Shown piece after piece: positions 9,789 through 19,408 of a stretch of 64,000 nucleotides of DNA (positions are counted from its first letter, which is position 1; every line of letters starts with the position of its first letter). The stretch lies in the NCBI GenBank assembly GCA_002328075.1, contig DCVT01000022.1:77622-141621 (forward strand). The letters are read 5' to 3'. The stretch is from Anaerolineales bacterium UBA2181. Lineage in GTDB: Bacteria > Chloroflexota > Anaerolineae > Promineifilales > UBA4811. The position numbers and the translations under genes were made by a program. The notes beneath the pieces are model-generated. The model made no database searches, had not been told where the DNA came from, and was given only the letters and a program-made list of their open reading frames with translations.

Positions 9789-11492
9789 TCACGCCGCGCG
9801 CTCCTGTACCCAGTTCAGGACCATGCGCTCGAGCACGTCCAGCGGGACTGCGCCGCTGCCCAACACCAGATCGTGAAAGTCGCGCGCGTCAAAGCGTGGC
9901 CGCAGGTCCCGTTCGGCGCGGGACCGCAGTTCGCGGATTTTCAGCTCGCCGATCTTGTACGCCAGCGCCTGGCCGGGCCAGGCAATGTAGCGGTCGACCT
10001 CGTTAGCGATGTTCAGTGGGGTCGAAAACGTGTTGGAGGCCATCAGGTCGATGGCCGTTTGCCGTGGCCATTGCAGGGCATGGATGCCCGTGTCCACCAC
10101 CAATCGGCAGGCGCGCCACATCTCGTAGCTCAACCGTCCCAGATTGGAGTAGGGGTCCTGGTAAAAACCCATCTCCAGGCCCAACCGTTCCGCGTACAGC
10201 GCCCAGCCCTCTACAAACGCCGTAAAACCGCCAAATCGTCGAAACGCGGGCAGGTCCAGCTCTTGCTGGAGTGCGATCTGAAGGTGATGGCCCGGCACTG
10301 CCTCGTGCAAGGAGAGCGCCTCGATTTCGTACAATGGCCGGCTGGGTAGGTCGTACGTGTTCACGTAATAGAAACCAGCATGCTGTCCGTCACCGGTGGG
10401 TGGCAGGTAGTAGGCGGCGGTGCTGCCCGGCGCGCTGGCATCAGGAATCGGCCGGATGCCATAGGGCATGCGAGGAAGCTTTCCAAACATACGGGGTAGC
10501 TCGCCGTCGATCCGTTTGAGAACGTACGCGGTCTCCCGCAGCAGAGCGTCTTTCGAGGTGGCGTAAAAGCGTGAATCGGTTCGCAGGAATTCGCGCAAAT
10601 CCGAAAAACTTCCCTGGAAGCCCACTTGACCCATGACCGCTTCCATCTCGGAGCGGATGCGCGCCACCTCCTCCAGCCCTGTCCGGTGAACCGCCTCCGG
10701 GGTCAGGTCCAGCGAAGTGTATGCCCGGACGCGATGCCGGTAAAAGGCGGGTCCGTCCGGCAGTTCGGAGGCGGCAATGTTGCTGCGGGCGCGGGGCAGG
10801 TACTCCTGAACCAGGAACTCGAGCAGCGCCCGATACGCCGGAACCACGGACCCGGACACCACGCGATGTGCCTCGGCCGTCAGCCGATCCTGCTCCCGGC
10901 CGTCGAGCGAGGACGGAATGCCGGAAAGAGGGGACCAAAACGGACTGGCAGTCGGGTCGCTGACCAGGAACTGACTCAACGTTTGGTCCAGCCCGTCCAG
11001 CGTGACGCGGGCCGGTACGTACCCCGTGGCTAGCCCATTGCGCATCACACCGATCTGCTCCTGGAAGAATCGCGGAAAGGCATCCAGCCGTGCTAGATAG
11101 CTCTCGTAATCCGATACTGTCCTCAAGGGCATCAAATGCGGCAACTGGTCGGGCAGATCCATCGGGAAACCGAAGGTTTTGCAGATAGGGATTCGGTAAG
11201 TGTGGAACTCGATCTCGCCGATTTCAATGTCCAGCAACCGTACCAGAATCTCCCAGTCCAGCCGCTGGTTGGCCGGCAGACCGGCCGGGTCGATCTTTTG
11301 CAGGCGCTGCAACAAGCTGCGCCAAAAGCCCAGCCGGCGGGAGTGCTCTTCCTCGGTGGCGGAGGGCAGGCGATCGTCATAGCGGTGGTCTCCCACCACT
11401 GTGGCAAAGAGCGGGTCCGCCTCCAGGCGGAACTCCCACTCCTCCTCAATCAACCGGGTCAGCTGCTGGGAAGGGGTCTCTACTTGGGACAT
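9789..11492 (-). CDS. DUF885 family protein (putative metallopeptidase, no signal peptide)
   Basis: HEAVPGHHLQ, EGWALYAE, RACRLVVDTGIH and EVDRY...PGQALAYKIG motifs; RBS AGGAGG before ATG 11492. Confidence 0.9.
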   Translation of the reverse strand: MSQVETPSQQLTRLIEEEWEFRLEADPLFATVVGDHRYDDRLPSATEEEHSRRLGFWRSLLQRLQKIDPAGLPANQRLDWEILVRLLDIEIGEIEFHTYRIPICKTFGFPMDLPDQLPHLMPLRTVSDYESYLARLDAFPRFFQEQIGVMRNGLATGYVPARVTLDGLDQTLSQFLVSDPTASPFWSPLSGIPSSLDGREQDRLTAEAHRVVSGSVVPAYRALLEFLVQEYLPRARSNIAASELPDGPAFYRHRVRAYTSLDLTPEAVHRTGLEEVARIRSEMEAVMGQVGFQGSFSDLREFLRTDSRFYATSKDALLRETAYVLKRIDGELPRMFGKLPRMPYGIRPIPDASAPGSTAAYYLPPTGDGQHAGFYYVNTYDLPSRPLYEIEALSLHEAVPGHHLQIALQQELDLPAFRRFGGFTAFVEGWALYAERLGLEMGFYQDPYSNLGRLSYEMWRACRLVVDTGIHALQWPRQTAIDLMASNTFSTPLNIANEVDRYIAWPGQALAYKIGELKIRELRSRAERDLRPRFDARDFHDLVLGSGAVPLDVLERMVLNWVQERAA

Positions 11493-11680
11493 GGTACCTC
11501 CTGGGGATCCGATCTCCACTGTGCCACCAAAAACCTGCCCGGGACGTTGGACGGCTGGAGTGGTCGGGTGGGCTGACGGCGTCCAAATATGCCTGGCAGT
11601 CTGGGTGGAGAAACCGCGTAAGCAAGCTGCCGCGCAGCCGGTCGACCGTCCATCTTTCGTAAAGCGGGACTGGCCAGGGC

Positions 11681-12334
11681 TTACTGCCTGCTGCCAACCC
11701 GGGGTTTGGCGCCGCCGGCCTTGGCTAACCGTCGGGCCCGCCGTTGCCGTGCCTCTAGCTGCTGTCTGACAAACAGGGCCAGAACCACAAGCAGCATGGC
11801 AATCGACACGGTTCGGACCGGCCAATCGGCAAAGTTGGCGCCCAACCGGTTGGCGTGAACTGTGCCAAAGGCAAAGGCCAGATAGTTGAAGGCGTGAACA
11901 ACTTTCCAATTCTTGCCAACGGACTTGCGCCAGACTGCCACCAGTGCGCCGATGATGAGAATATACCAGGCCACCCGTCCACCGTAGGCCAGCAGGTCAC
12001 TGAGGGGCCAAAATACGGGCACGAACACCCTGGCGTCCATATAGTCCCAAGCCACGCCCAGGGGGTGCAGCGTCAGAAAGACCAGACCGGCCACCGAAGG
12101 GACATGGTGCACCGCCAGAAACGGCTGGCCAAAATACTCCTTGACCTGCCGCTTGTACGAGGTTGACACGATGGATACAAAGACGCATATGTAGCCGAGC
12201 AAAGCCAGTTCGCGGATCACCCAACTCAACAGGTCGCCTTGCGCACGCCACGTAATGAGAGCGCTCGTCAGAATCAGGACGATACTCGCAACCAGGACGA
12301 TGGTCCACAGGTGGTTAGCAGTCTTTTTGGCCAT
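11681..12334 (-). CDS. Ferric reductase-like transmembrane (cytochrome b, MsrQ-like) protein
   Basis: About 6 TM helices with paired His ligands (VHH...LHP; WKVVH...TVH); RBS GGAGG. Confidence 0.8.
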   Translation of the reverse strand: MAKKTANHLWTIVLVASIVLILTSALITWRAQGDLLSWVIRELALLGYICVFVSIVSTSYKRQVKEYFGQPFLAVHHVPSVAGLVFLTLHPLGVAWDYMDARVFVPVFWPLSDLLAYGGRVAWYILIIGALVAVWRKSVGKNWKVVHAFNYLAFAFGTVHANRLGANFADWPVRTVSIAMLLVVLALFVRQQLEARQRRARRLAKAGGAKPRVGSRQ

Positions 12335-12589
12335 GAACTCGCCTCCGGAATTGGGTCGTGCCGGATAGTAACACACGAAATGGGCTGAAGCAACGATGGC
12401 GCACCGCCAAATGGATACCGCCACAGGTCCACCTCCCTCATCCCGTAGTGGTAGCATTGGCCCGGAAGAATACCCGCGCGTTGAACCGGTCTCAAACCTG
12501 CGACAGGACGACGCCAGTCAAGGGGAAGCGGGGCAGGTGGCAGAACCCGCCAAAAGTGCCGCCAATCACGGTTGCCGTATGGGACCTCG

Positions 12590-13090
12590 TTACCTGGGGA
12601 ACGTCTCGGTCAGGTACTGAACCACCGCATCCAGTTCCTGCGGGCTGAGCTGAGTTCCCTTGGAGATCATCCGTTCGACGGTATTGCGCCACTGATCGCC
12701 CGTCTTGCGGGCTCGTTCCACCCGGTCCAAGCCATGACACTGGACACATCGCTCGGCCACCAGCACCTTGCCGCCCGGCGCAGTTGCCTCGGCGGCAGCC
12801 TCGGTCGGTTCGGCAAGTGGGGTCGGCGCGGATTCGGCCGTGTCAGAGGTGGTCGCTGTCGGCTGGGGTTCGGTGGTGGCGGATCCAGACGGATCCTCGG
12901 CGGGTGCTGCTGTGACCGCCGCCGCGGGCGGTTGGGTGGGAACCAGAGCAGGGGATTGGGTGGCGTTTGGCGCAGGCGGTTGGGTGGGGGCCATTGTGGC
13001 CGCCGGCTCGGATGTGCAACCCGCCAGGGCAGCACTGATCATGACGACGGCCAACGCGAGGTGTGCAGGTGCGCTCGCTTTTTTGAACAT
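12590..13090 (-). CDS. Monoheme cytochrome c lipoprotein on a Pro/Thr/Ala-rich stalk
   Basis: Lipobox AALAGC, heme motif CVQCH, candidate distal Met in VERMISKG; RBS AAGGAG. Confidence 0.85.
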   Translation of the reverse strand: MFKKASAPAHLALAVVMISAALAGCTSEPAATMAPTQPPAPNATQSPALVPTQPPAAAVTAAPAEDPSGSATTEPQPTATTSDTAESAPTPLAEPTEAAAEATAPGGKVLVAERCVQCHGLDRVERARKTGDQWRNTVERMISKGTQLSPQELDAVVQYLTETFPR

Positions 13091-13161
13091 GGTTCTCCTT
13101 CCGCGGGCCTGGCCGGCGCCACCTTCGGCCGTTCCAGGTAGGACGATCACAGGCGGTCAGT

Positions 13162-13189
13162 ATGGTACCAGCAGGAGGATACCTGTCAA
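13162..13189 (-). promoter_or_regulatory. Sigma70-type promoter for the cytochrome c gene
   Basis: Minus strand TTGACA-16 bp-TACCAT with TG extension. Confidence 0.6.
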
Positions 13190-13312
13190 GGCACAGCACC
13201 CATCACGCGATCGTTCTGTTCGTGGCCCGCTTGCCACCGGCCGCATAATGCGTTATCCTATTGCGGCGGTCGGCCGGCCGCCCAGGATGCAGCTCTCGCC
13301 GGGCGAAGAACG

Positions 13313-14209
13313 GTGGCTCTGACCATCACGCACCCACTCAATAGCTTACTGATGATCGGTATTCCGCTGGCATTGGCGGCGTTTCTGACCGGCCGGTTTC
13401 AACTGACCTGGCGCCTGGTCTGGATCGGTGCCGGCACCTTTGTAGGCTCCCAGTTGTTGCACATCCCCGCCAATGTGCTCATCGGCCGGTTGTTTGCCAC
13501 CGGGGTCTTGCCCAATCCCATGCCAGACTGGCAGTTGCTGGTGTCGGCTGCCATCGGCGGCCTCAGCGCCGGGCTGTTCGAGGAGGTCGCACGCTATGCC
13601 GCTTTTCGCTGGTGGGCGCGCGAGGCACGATCGTGGCGGCAGGCAGTCCTGCTCGGGTGTGGTCACGGCGGGGCTGAATCGGTGATTCTTGGGATTCTCA
13701 CGCTCTATTCCCTCTTTAGCCTGTTCACCTACCGGGGAGTGGATCTGACTCCGTGGGTACCGGCCGAGCAACTGCACGCCGCTCAACAGCAGGTGGATGC
13801 CTATTGGTCGATGCCCTGGTCCATGTCGCTGTTGGGGGCGGTGGAACGAGGGCTCACGATCCCGATCCAGATCGGGTTTTCGGTCCTGGTGTACCAGGTG
13901 TTTGCCCGGCGTCGCCTTTATTGGTTGGCCATTGCCGTCCTGTGGCACGCCGCCATCGACGGTGTGATCGCAATCTATCTGGGTCGCCTCTGGATAGACC
14001 GGTACCCGTGTGGGGTTTATGCGGTAGAGGCGGTGCTGGCGTTGGCGACAGTGGCGAGTCTGGCGCTGATCTTTCGGTTGCGGTCGGCAGAACCGTCCGC
14101 AACAGCCGCCGCGCTGTCATCGCCCTTGGCCATGCTGGCGCCTCCTGCAAGCCCGATGTTGGAGACCGTGGAGAGATTGGAGGATTCCCGATACCATGAT
14201 CCAGACTGA
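13313..14209 (+). CDS. YhfC/PrsW-like intramembrane metalloprotease
   Basis: Multi-TM protein with AGLFEEVARY, GHGGAES and WHAAID motifs. Confidence 0.85.
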   Translation: MALTITHPLNSLLMIGIPLALAAFLTGRFQLTWRLVWIGAGTFVGSQLLHIPANVLIGRLFATGVLPNPMPDWQLLVSAAIGGLSAGLFEEVARYAAFRWWAREARSWRQAVLLGCGHGGAESVILGILTLYSLFSLFTYRGVDLTPWVPAEQLHAAQQQVDAYWSMPWSMSLLGAVERGLTIPIQIGFSVLVYQVFARRRLYWLAIAVLWHAAIDGVIAIYLGRLWIDRYPCGVYAVEAVLALATVASLALIFRLRSAEPSATAAALSSPLAMLAPPASPMLETVERLEDSRYHDPD

Positions 14210-15104
14210 GAACCTTACGAAACGGTTCGGTGATGTGCTGGCTGTCGATGATCTGTCGCTAACGGTAGATGAGGGCGAGGTTTTTGGATTTCTCGGGCCG
14301 AACGGCGCGGGAAAAACGACCACGGTACGCATGCTTACCTGCCTGATTGGTCCGACCAGTGGATCGGCGGTGGTTAACGGACACGTGGTCGGCCGAGAGA
14401 ACACCGCCATACGCCGGACCGTCGGTATCCTCACCGAGACTCCCGGCATGTACGATAGCCTTAGCGCCGAGTACAACCTGGAGCTCTATGCTCGCCTCTA
14501 CGAGGTGGGAGATCCCAAGGCGGCGGTGGAGAAATACCTTCGCATGTTGGGGCTCTGGGAGCGCCGGGCGGAGGACGTAGGAACCTTTTCGAAAGGGATG
14601 CGGCAGAAGCTGGCCATTGCTCGCGCGCTGCTACACGAGCCGCGAATCCTTTTTCTGGACGAGCCCACCAGCGCGCTTGACCCGGAATCGGCGCTTCTGA
14701 TCCGCGATTTTGTCTCCGGGCTCCGCAAGCAAGGCCGCACCATCGTATTGTGTACCCACAACCTGGACGAGGCCGATCGCCTGTGCGACCGGATCGGTGT
14801 GTTCAAGAGCCGTCTACTGGTGGTGGATACGCCCGCGCGGTTGCGCTCACAGTTGTTCGGGCGCAAGGTGGTCTTTCACTTGAGAGGGGCGGCCAAGCCG
14901 TTTGTGGATTCAGTGCGGGCGCTGCCGTTTTCGCAGGAGGTTCGAGCGGTGGACAACAAGCTGGTGCTGACCCTGGATGACCCAGAGGCGCACAATCCCG
15001 ACCTGGTTCGTGCTCTGGTGGGAGTGGGTGCGGATATTCAGTTTGTCGGCGAGCTGCGTCGCTCGCTGGAGGATGTGTACCTTCAATTGGTGCGGAGCTC
15101 CTGA
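14196..15104 (+). CDS. ABC transporter ATP-binding protein (ABC-2 type)
   Basis: GPNGAGKTT, FSKGMRQK, LFLDEPT. Confidence 0.95.
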   Translation: MIQTENLTKRFGDVLAVDDLSLTVDEGEVFGFLGPNGAGKTTTVRMLTCLIGPTSGSAVVNGHVVGRENTAIRRTVGILTETPGMYDSLSAEYNLELYARLYEVGDPKAAVEKYLRMLGLWERRAEDVGTFSKGMRQKLAIARALLHEPRILFLDEPTSALDPESALLIRDFVSGLRKQGRTIVLCTHNLDEADRLCDRIGVFKSRLLVVDTPARLRSQLFGRKVVFHLRGAAKPFVDSVRALPFSQEVRAVDNKLVLTLDDPEAHNPDLVRALVGVGADIQFVGELRRSLEDVYLQLVRSS

Positions 15105-15177
15105 GAGGCAATCTACCACACCCGGCCGTCAGGCATCTGTATCGTGCCCACCGGCCGAACGCAAGACAGGATTAGCC

Positions 15178-15969
15178 ATGAACAAAATCCAAGCCATCGT
15201 CCGCAAGGAATGGGCCCAAGTGTATCGAAATCGGTTGGTGCTGCTGAGCATCGTCTTTATGCCACTGCTTTTCACTGCTATTCCGCTGATCATTCTGTAC
15301 ACAACCCGTGACATGGGCAGTGGGACCGCGGGCGCGACCGAGGTTCCGCCCCAATTTGCCCAGATCTGCTCGGCCGATATGGTCGGAGCAGAGTGCTTTC
15401 AATACTATATGGTCAGCGCGTTCATGCTGATGTTCATGATGACGCCTCTGATCATCCCGGTCAACATCGCCGCGTTTTCCATTGTGGGAGAAAAGACCAC
15501 CCGCAGTCTGGAACCCTTGCTGGCGACCCCCATCACCACGGTTGAACTGCTGGCTGCCAAGAACCTGGCAGCCACCATTCCGGCCGTGTTGGCGACCTGG
15601 TTAGGCTTTGGCCTATTTCTGGTGGGCGCGCTACTGATCACCACCAGCAATCGGCTGGTCAGTGCCCTGTTGAACCCGATGTGGCTGGTGGCGGTCCTGG
15701 TCGTCGGACCGCTGCTGGCCATCCTCTCGGTCAATTTCAGCATGATGGTTTCGTCCCGGGTCAATGACCCGCGAGTCGCTGAACAGCTCTCAGCTCTGGT
15801 CATCCTCCCTCTGTTGGCGCTCTTTTTTGGGCAGATCTCGGGATTCATCGTCGTGAACCAGAGGGTTGTCCTGTTGATGGCTGCCGTTCTTCTGTTGCTG
15901 GATAGCGGGTTGATCTGGCTCGCCGTGAGGCTGTTTGAGCGCGAGACCATCCTCACGCGCTGGAGGTGA
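15178..15969 (+). CDS. ABC-2 type permease
   Basis: AIVRKEW and SIVGEKTTRSLEPLLATP motifs, 6 TM helices. Confidence 0.9.
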   Translation: MNKIQAIVRKEWAQVYRNRLVLLSIVFMPLLFTAIPLIILYTTRDMGSGTAGATEVPPQFAQICSADMVGAECFQYYMVSAFMLMFMMTPLIIPVNIAAFSIVGEKTTRSLEPLLATPITTVELLAAKNLAATIPAVLATWLGFGLFLVGALLITTSNRLVSALLNPMWLVAVLVVGPLLAILSVNFSMMVSSRVNDPRVAEQLSALVILPLLALFFGQISGFIVVNQRVVLLMAAVLLLLDSGLIWLAVRLFERETILTRWR

Positions 15970-15974
15970 GTCCG

Positions 15975-16736
15975 ATGCGCAGACCCCTTTGGCCGCTCTT
16001 GGCACTGCTGTGTGCGTTCCTGGCTCCACTGTTGGCCGAGGCGCAAGACGAGCGAGGATTGACGTTGCGGCTCAGCCGCGACTGGGGTTTTGGTGGGTTC
16101 GGCCAGATCCAGGGCCTGTTTTCGATGCGGGTGACCGGCCCGGAGGATTTGGTCCGAGTCCAGTTTATGATAGACGGCCTGACCATCGCGGAGGATGAGG
16201 AGCCGCCGTTCAGCGTGCAATTCCACACGGATAACTACCCGTCGGGAATGCGGACAATGAGCGCTGCTGGTGAGACCGCGGACGGCGGCGTATTGCAGTC
16301 CAACGAGATAGGGGCCGAATTCCTGAGTGCTGAGGCGGCCGGCAAAGCGACTACCAAGTTCATTATCCCCCTCATGGGTCTGGTGGTGCTGATTCTGGCC
16401 CTGACGGCCGGGTTCTCGCTGGTCGCCGCCCGCAAGCGCAAGCCGGTGGCCTGGGGCCAGCCGCGCAAGTATGGCCTCTCGGGCGGCACCATTTGTCCCA
16501 AGTGCGGCCGGCCGTTTCCTCTCAGCCTGCTGGGTTTGAACATGGGGCTGGGCAAGTTCACTGCCTGTCCACACTGTGGTAAGTGGTCGGTGGTGCGGTC
16601 ACGCCCGTTGGCCGAATTGCGGGCCGCAGAGGCATCGGAACTGGAGCGTGCTGGCGAAAAACCACAGGTAGCGGAAAGATCATCCGAAGAAAAACTGCAG
16701 CAGGATCTGGACGATTCGCGGTACCAATCTTTCTAG
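15975..16736 (+). CDS. Membrane protein with extracellular Ig-like domain and cytoplasmic zinc ribbon
   Basis: Signal peptide, VQFMIDG...PPF beta-rich domain, one TM helix, then CPKC...CPHC; RBS GGAGG. Confidence 0.75.
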   Translation: MRRPLWPLLALLCAFLAPLLAEAQDERGLTLRLSRDWGFGGFGQIQGLFSMRVTGPEDLVRVQFMIDGLTIAEDEEPPFSVQFHTDNYPSGMRTMSAAGETADGGVLQSNEIGAEFLSAEAAGKATTKFIIPLMGLVVLILALTAGFSLVAARKRKPVAWGQPRKYGLSGGTICPKCGRPFPLSLLGLNMGLGKFTACPHCGKWSVVRSRPLAELRAAEASELERAGEKPQVAERSSEEKLQQDLDDSRYQSF

Positions 16737-16858
16737 CCGGATGCACTGCGGCTTGGCCTCGGCGGGTGATGGGCGGCCTTTGAAGGGCGGCGGCACCTCG
16801 CATCACCCGGTGGTGACCGGAAGGTATCTCGCTAATTGACGAGGGGCAGGGTAGGCTG

Positions 16859-18520
16859 ATGGTAGGTATGCAGGCTCTGCTAGAGGTATTGGCGGCTGCC
16901 GGGGTTCGGCACATCTTTGGCAACCCGGGTTCGACCGAGCTATCTTTGAACGCGGCGCTGGCCACCGACAGCCGTTTTACGTACATCCTGGGGTTGCAGG
17001 AGGTGCCAGTAGCAGCCATGGCAGATGGGTACGCCATGGCATCCGGCGGCCTGGGTGTGGCCTGCGTGCACACCTGTTGCGGGCTGGGCAACGCAATGGG
17101 TATGCTATACAACGCCTACTGCGAGGGGAGCTCGCTGCTGGTGTTGGCCGGTCAGCAAGATCGACGGTTGCGGTTCGAAGAACCGGTGTTGGCCGGCGAT
17201 ATGGTGAGCGTGGCGCGACCCTGGACCAAGTGGGCTACCGAGATCGAGCGGGTCGAGGATCTTCCTTCCGCCGTGCGTCGGGCAGTGCAAACCGCTCTCA
17301 CGCCACCGACAGGGCCAGTTTTCCTCTCAATCCCGGTGGACGTGCAATTGACGGGCGTTGAAGGGCTGGACCTGACGCCTCCACACGTTCCAGACCGCCG
17401 GGTGAGACCGCCGCAAGACGCACTCAACCGGGCAGCCACACTGCTGGCTGAGGCTTGCCATCCCGTGATCCTGGCTGGAAGTCGGGTGGTGGAGGCCGGG
17501 GCTGTGGCGGAACTGGTGACGTTGGCCGAACTGTTGGGAGCGCTGGTGCTGGCCGACCCACCGACCTCGCACGGTCGGTTGCCAATGCCGGCCGACGATC
17601 CGCTCTACGGCGGGACGGTGCCGCAAGATGCCAACAGCCTGGCCCGGCGGCTGGCGGACAAGGACGTGGTCCTGGCAGTGGGCATCAGCCTCTTGCGCCG
17701 GTTTCAGTATCAGGACGCGGAGCAACCCTTTCGTGCCGGCGTGCACCTCATCCAGATGGATAGTGACTCCTGGGAACTGGGAAAAAACTATCCGGTGGAG
17801 ATAGCTCTGGTGGGAGATCCTCAGGCCGGCTTGGCCGAGCTGGTGGATATGGTCGCCCTCAGTTATGGGTCAGAGCAAAGGGAGGCAGCTGCCCGCCGGA
17901 GAATTGAGCTGGCAGCGCGCCGAGCGGACAACCGGGCTCGGCTGTTGCTTGAGATGGAAAAGCAACGCGGGCGGCGGCCGATGTCGCCGGTCGTCATGAT
18001 GGAGGCGCTGGCCCGCGCCCTGCCGCCTGATGCCGCCGTGGTATTGGAGGCCTCGGCGCACACCCATCTCAACGTGCTGGAGCGTCTGGGCGTGCTGCGC
18101 GACCCGACCGGGCATTTTGGCCACCGCGGGTGGGCGCTGGGTTGGGGCTTGGGGTGTGCCATCGGCGTCAAGCTGGCATGGCCCGACCGGCCGGCAGTAG
18201 CGCTGTTGGGCGACGGCGCGGCGCTCTATACCATCCAGGGGCTTTGGTCAGCAGCCCACCACCGGGTGCCGGTGGTCTTTGTCATAGCCAACAACGCTCA
18301 ATACAACGTGCTCAAGCACACTGCCGATGGGTTGTGGGTGCCCCCGGAAAAGTTGGTGGGCCTGGATCTGACCGAACCAGAGGTCGATTTCGTGGCGCTG
18401 TCCCACGGATTTGGCGTGGAGGCGTTCCGGGTAACCGAGCCGGACGACCTTGCTCAGCGCGTAGCAGCAGGCGTGGAAGGGGCCGAACCGCTGTTGTTGG
18501 ACGTGACCATCGAGCGATAG
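16859..18520 (+). CDS. ThDP-dependent enzyme, benzoylformate decarboxylase (MdlC)-like
   Basis: IFGNPGSTEL, LGLQE, and the ThDP motif GDGAALY...NN. Substrate not determinable. Confidence 0.88.
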   Translation: MVGMQALLEVLAAAGVRHIFGNPGSTELSLNAALATDSRFTYILGLQEVPVAAMADGYAMASGGLGVACVHTCCGLGNAMGMLYNAYCEGSSLLVLAGQQDRRLRFEEPVLAGDMVSVARPWTKWATEIERVEDLPSAVRRAVQTALTPPTGPVFLSIPVDVQLTGVEGLDLTPPHVPDRRVRPPQDALNRAATLLAEACHPVILAGSRVVEAGAVAELVTLAELLGALVLADPPTSHGRLPMPADDPLYGGTVPQDANSLARRLADKDVVLAVGISLLRRFQYQDAEQPFRAGVHLIQMDSDSWELGKNYPVEIALVGDPQAGLAELVDMVALSYGSEQREAAARRRIELAARRADNRARLLLEMEKQRGRRPMSPVVMMEALARALPPDAAVVLEASAHTHLNVLERLGVLRDPTGHFGHRGWALGWGLGCAIGVKLAWPDRPAVALLGDGAALYTIQGLWSAAHHRVPVVFVIANNAQYNVLKHTADGLWVPPEKLVGLDLTEPEVDFVALSHGFGVEAFRVTEPDDLAQRVAAGVEGAEPLLLDVTIER

Positions 18521-18650
18521 GGGAACGGAGCCGACTGGGGCGCTCGGCTCCAGAAGCGGCGGGACGGAGGAATCGGCCGGTTGCCGGTTCAATGCGGCGC
18601 ATTTTCGTGCCGGCACTGGACCTGCTGGCGGGGCGCGGCCAGGCTTTGCG

Positions 18651-19025
18651 TCAGGCTTCGGTGTCCAGATAGACGCTGTTCTCCGGCTCCCAGGCAGGCA
18701 CACAGACGGCAACAAACTCCAGGTCCTGCTCACCCGCGTTCCGTATCTGATGAGCTACGCCGGACCGCACCAACACCGCATCCCCGGGATGCACGTCCAG
18801 GACCTGCTCGCCCAGAAGCATCCGGCCGCGGCCGAGCAAGAAGGTGTAGCTTTCCTCAGCCTCAGGGTGTTGATGTAAGCGGGATCCCTTTCCGGGCGAG
18901 ATGACCACCCGGGCCACGCTATGGCGGGTGCTAAGCTTGCCGGCCGACCGGCCGATGAGTTCGTATATGACCTCGCCGTGTTGCGTGATCAGGGTTTCAA
19001 CCGCTGTGTCAGTGATGGTCTCCAT
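18651..19025 (-). CDS. Cupin-domain protein
   Basis: HQHPEAEESY and GVAHQIRN metal-binding motifs; RBS GAGG. Confidence 0.88.
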   Translation of the reverse strand: METITDTAVETLITQHGEVIYELIGRSAGKLSTRHSVARVVISPGKGSRLHQHPEAEESYTFLLGRGRMLLGEQVLDVHPGDAVLVRSGVAHQIRNAGEQDLEFVAVCVPAWEPENSVYLDTEA

Positions 19026-19399
19026 TTTCACCTCTCGATCCACTGTTAGGTCTATTCCGCACCGCGCAACAGAGCGCGGCGGCATGGATTCGCCCATTTG
19101 GCGTTTCAACGGGTCCCTGTCGGCGAGTTGGCGGATGCCGCAGTCCTGAAACCGTTGGTCCAACCGGCGCAGACCGCGCGGGACGGATGCGAAACGGTAC
19201 CGACCGACACGACCGCCAGCACCGGAATGACGTGATCGTCGGGCCGAAGACCCAATTGACGATTGGAGTTACGGGCATCCCGTTCACTCCCCGGCATTGC
19301 CTTGATGCGAGCCGCCGCCGCAGGCCGGCCGCCGGATTGTACCACGACATGGTCACGCCATCCATCGCGAACCCCTGTTCCCTGACGAGACGACGTCTA

Positions 19400-19408
19400 T
19401 GGTAGAAT
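19400..19408 (+). promoter_or_regulatory. Extended -10 promoter with no intact CDS immediately downstream
   Basis: TGgTAGAAT, with a weak -35 CTGACG at 19382-19387. Confidence 0.4.
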
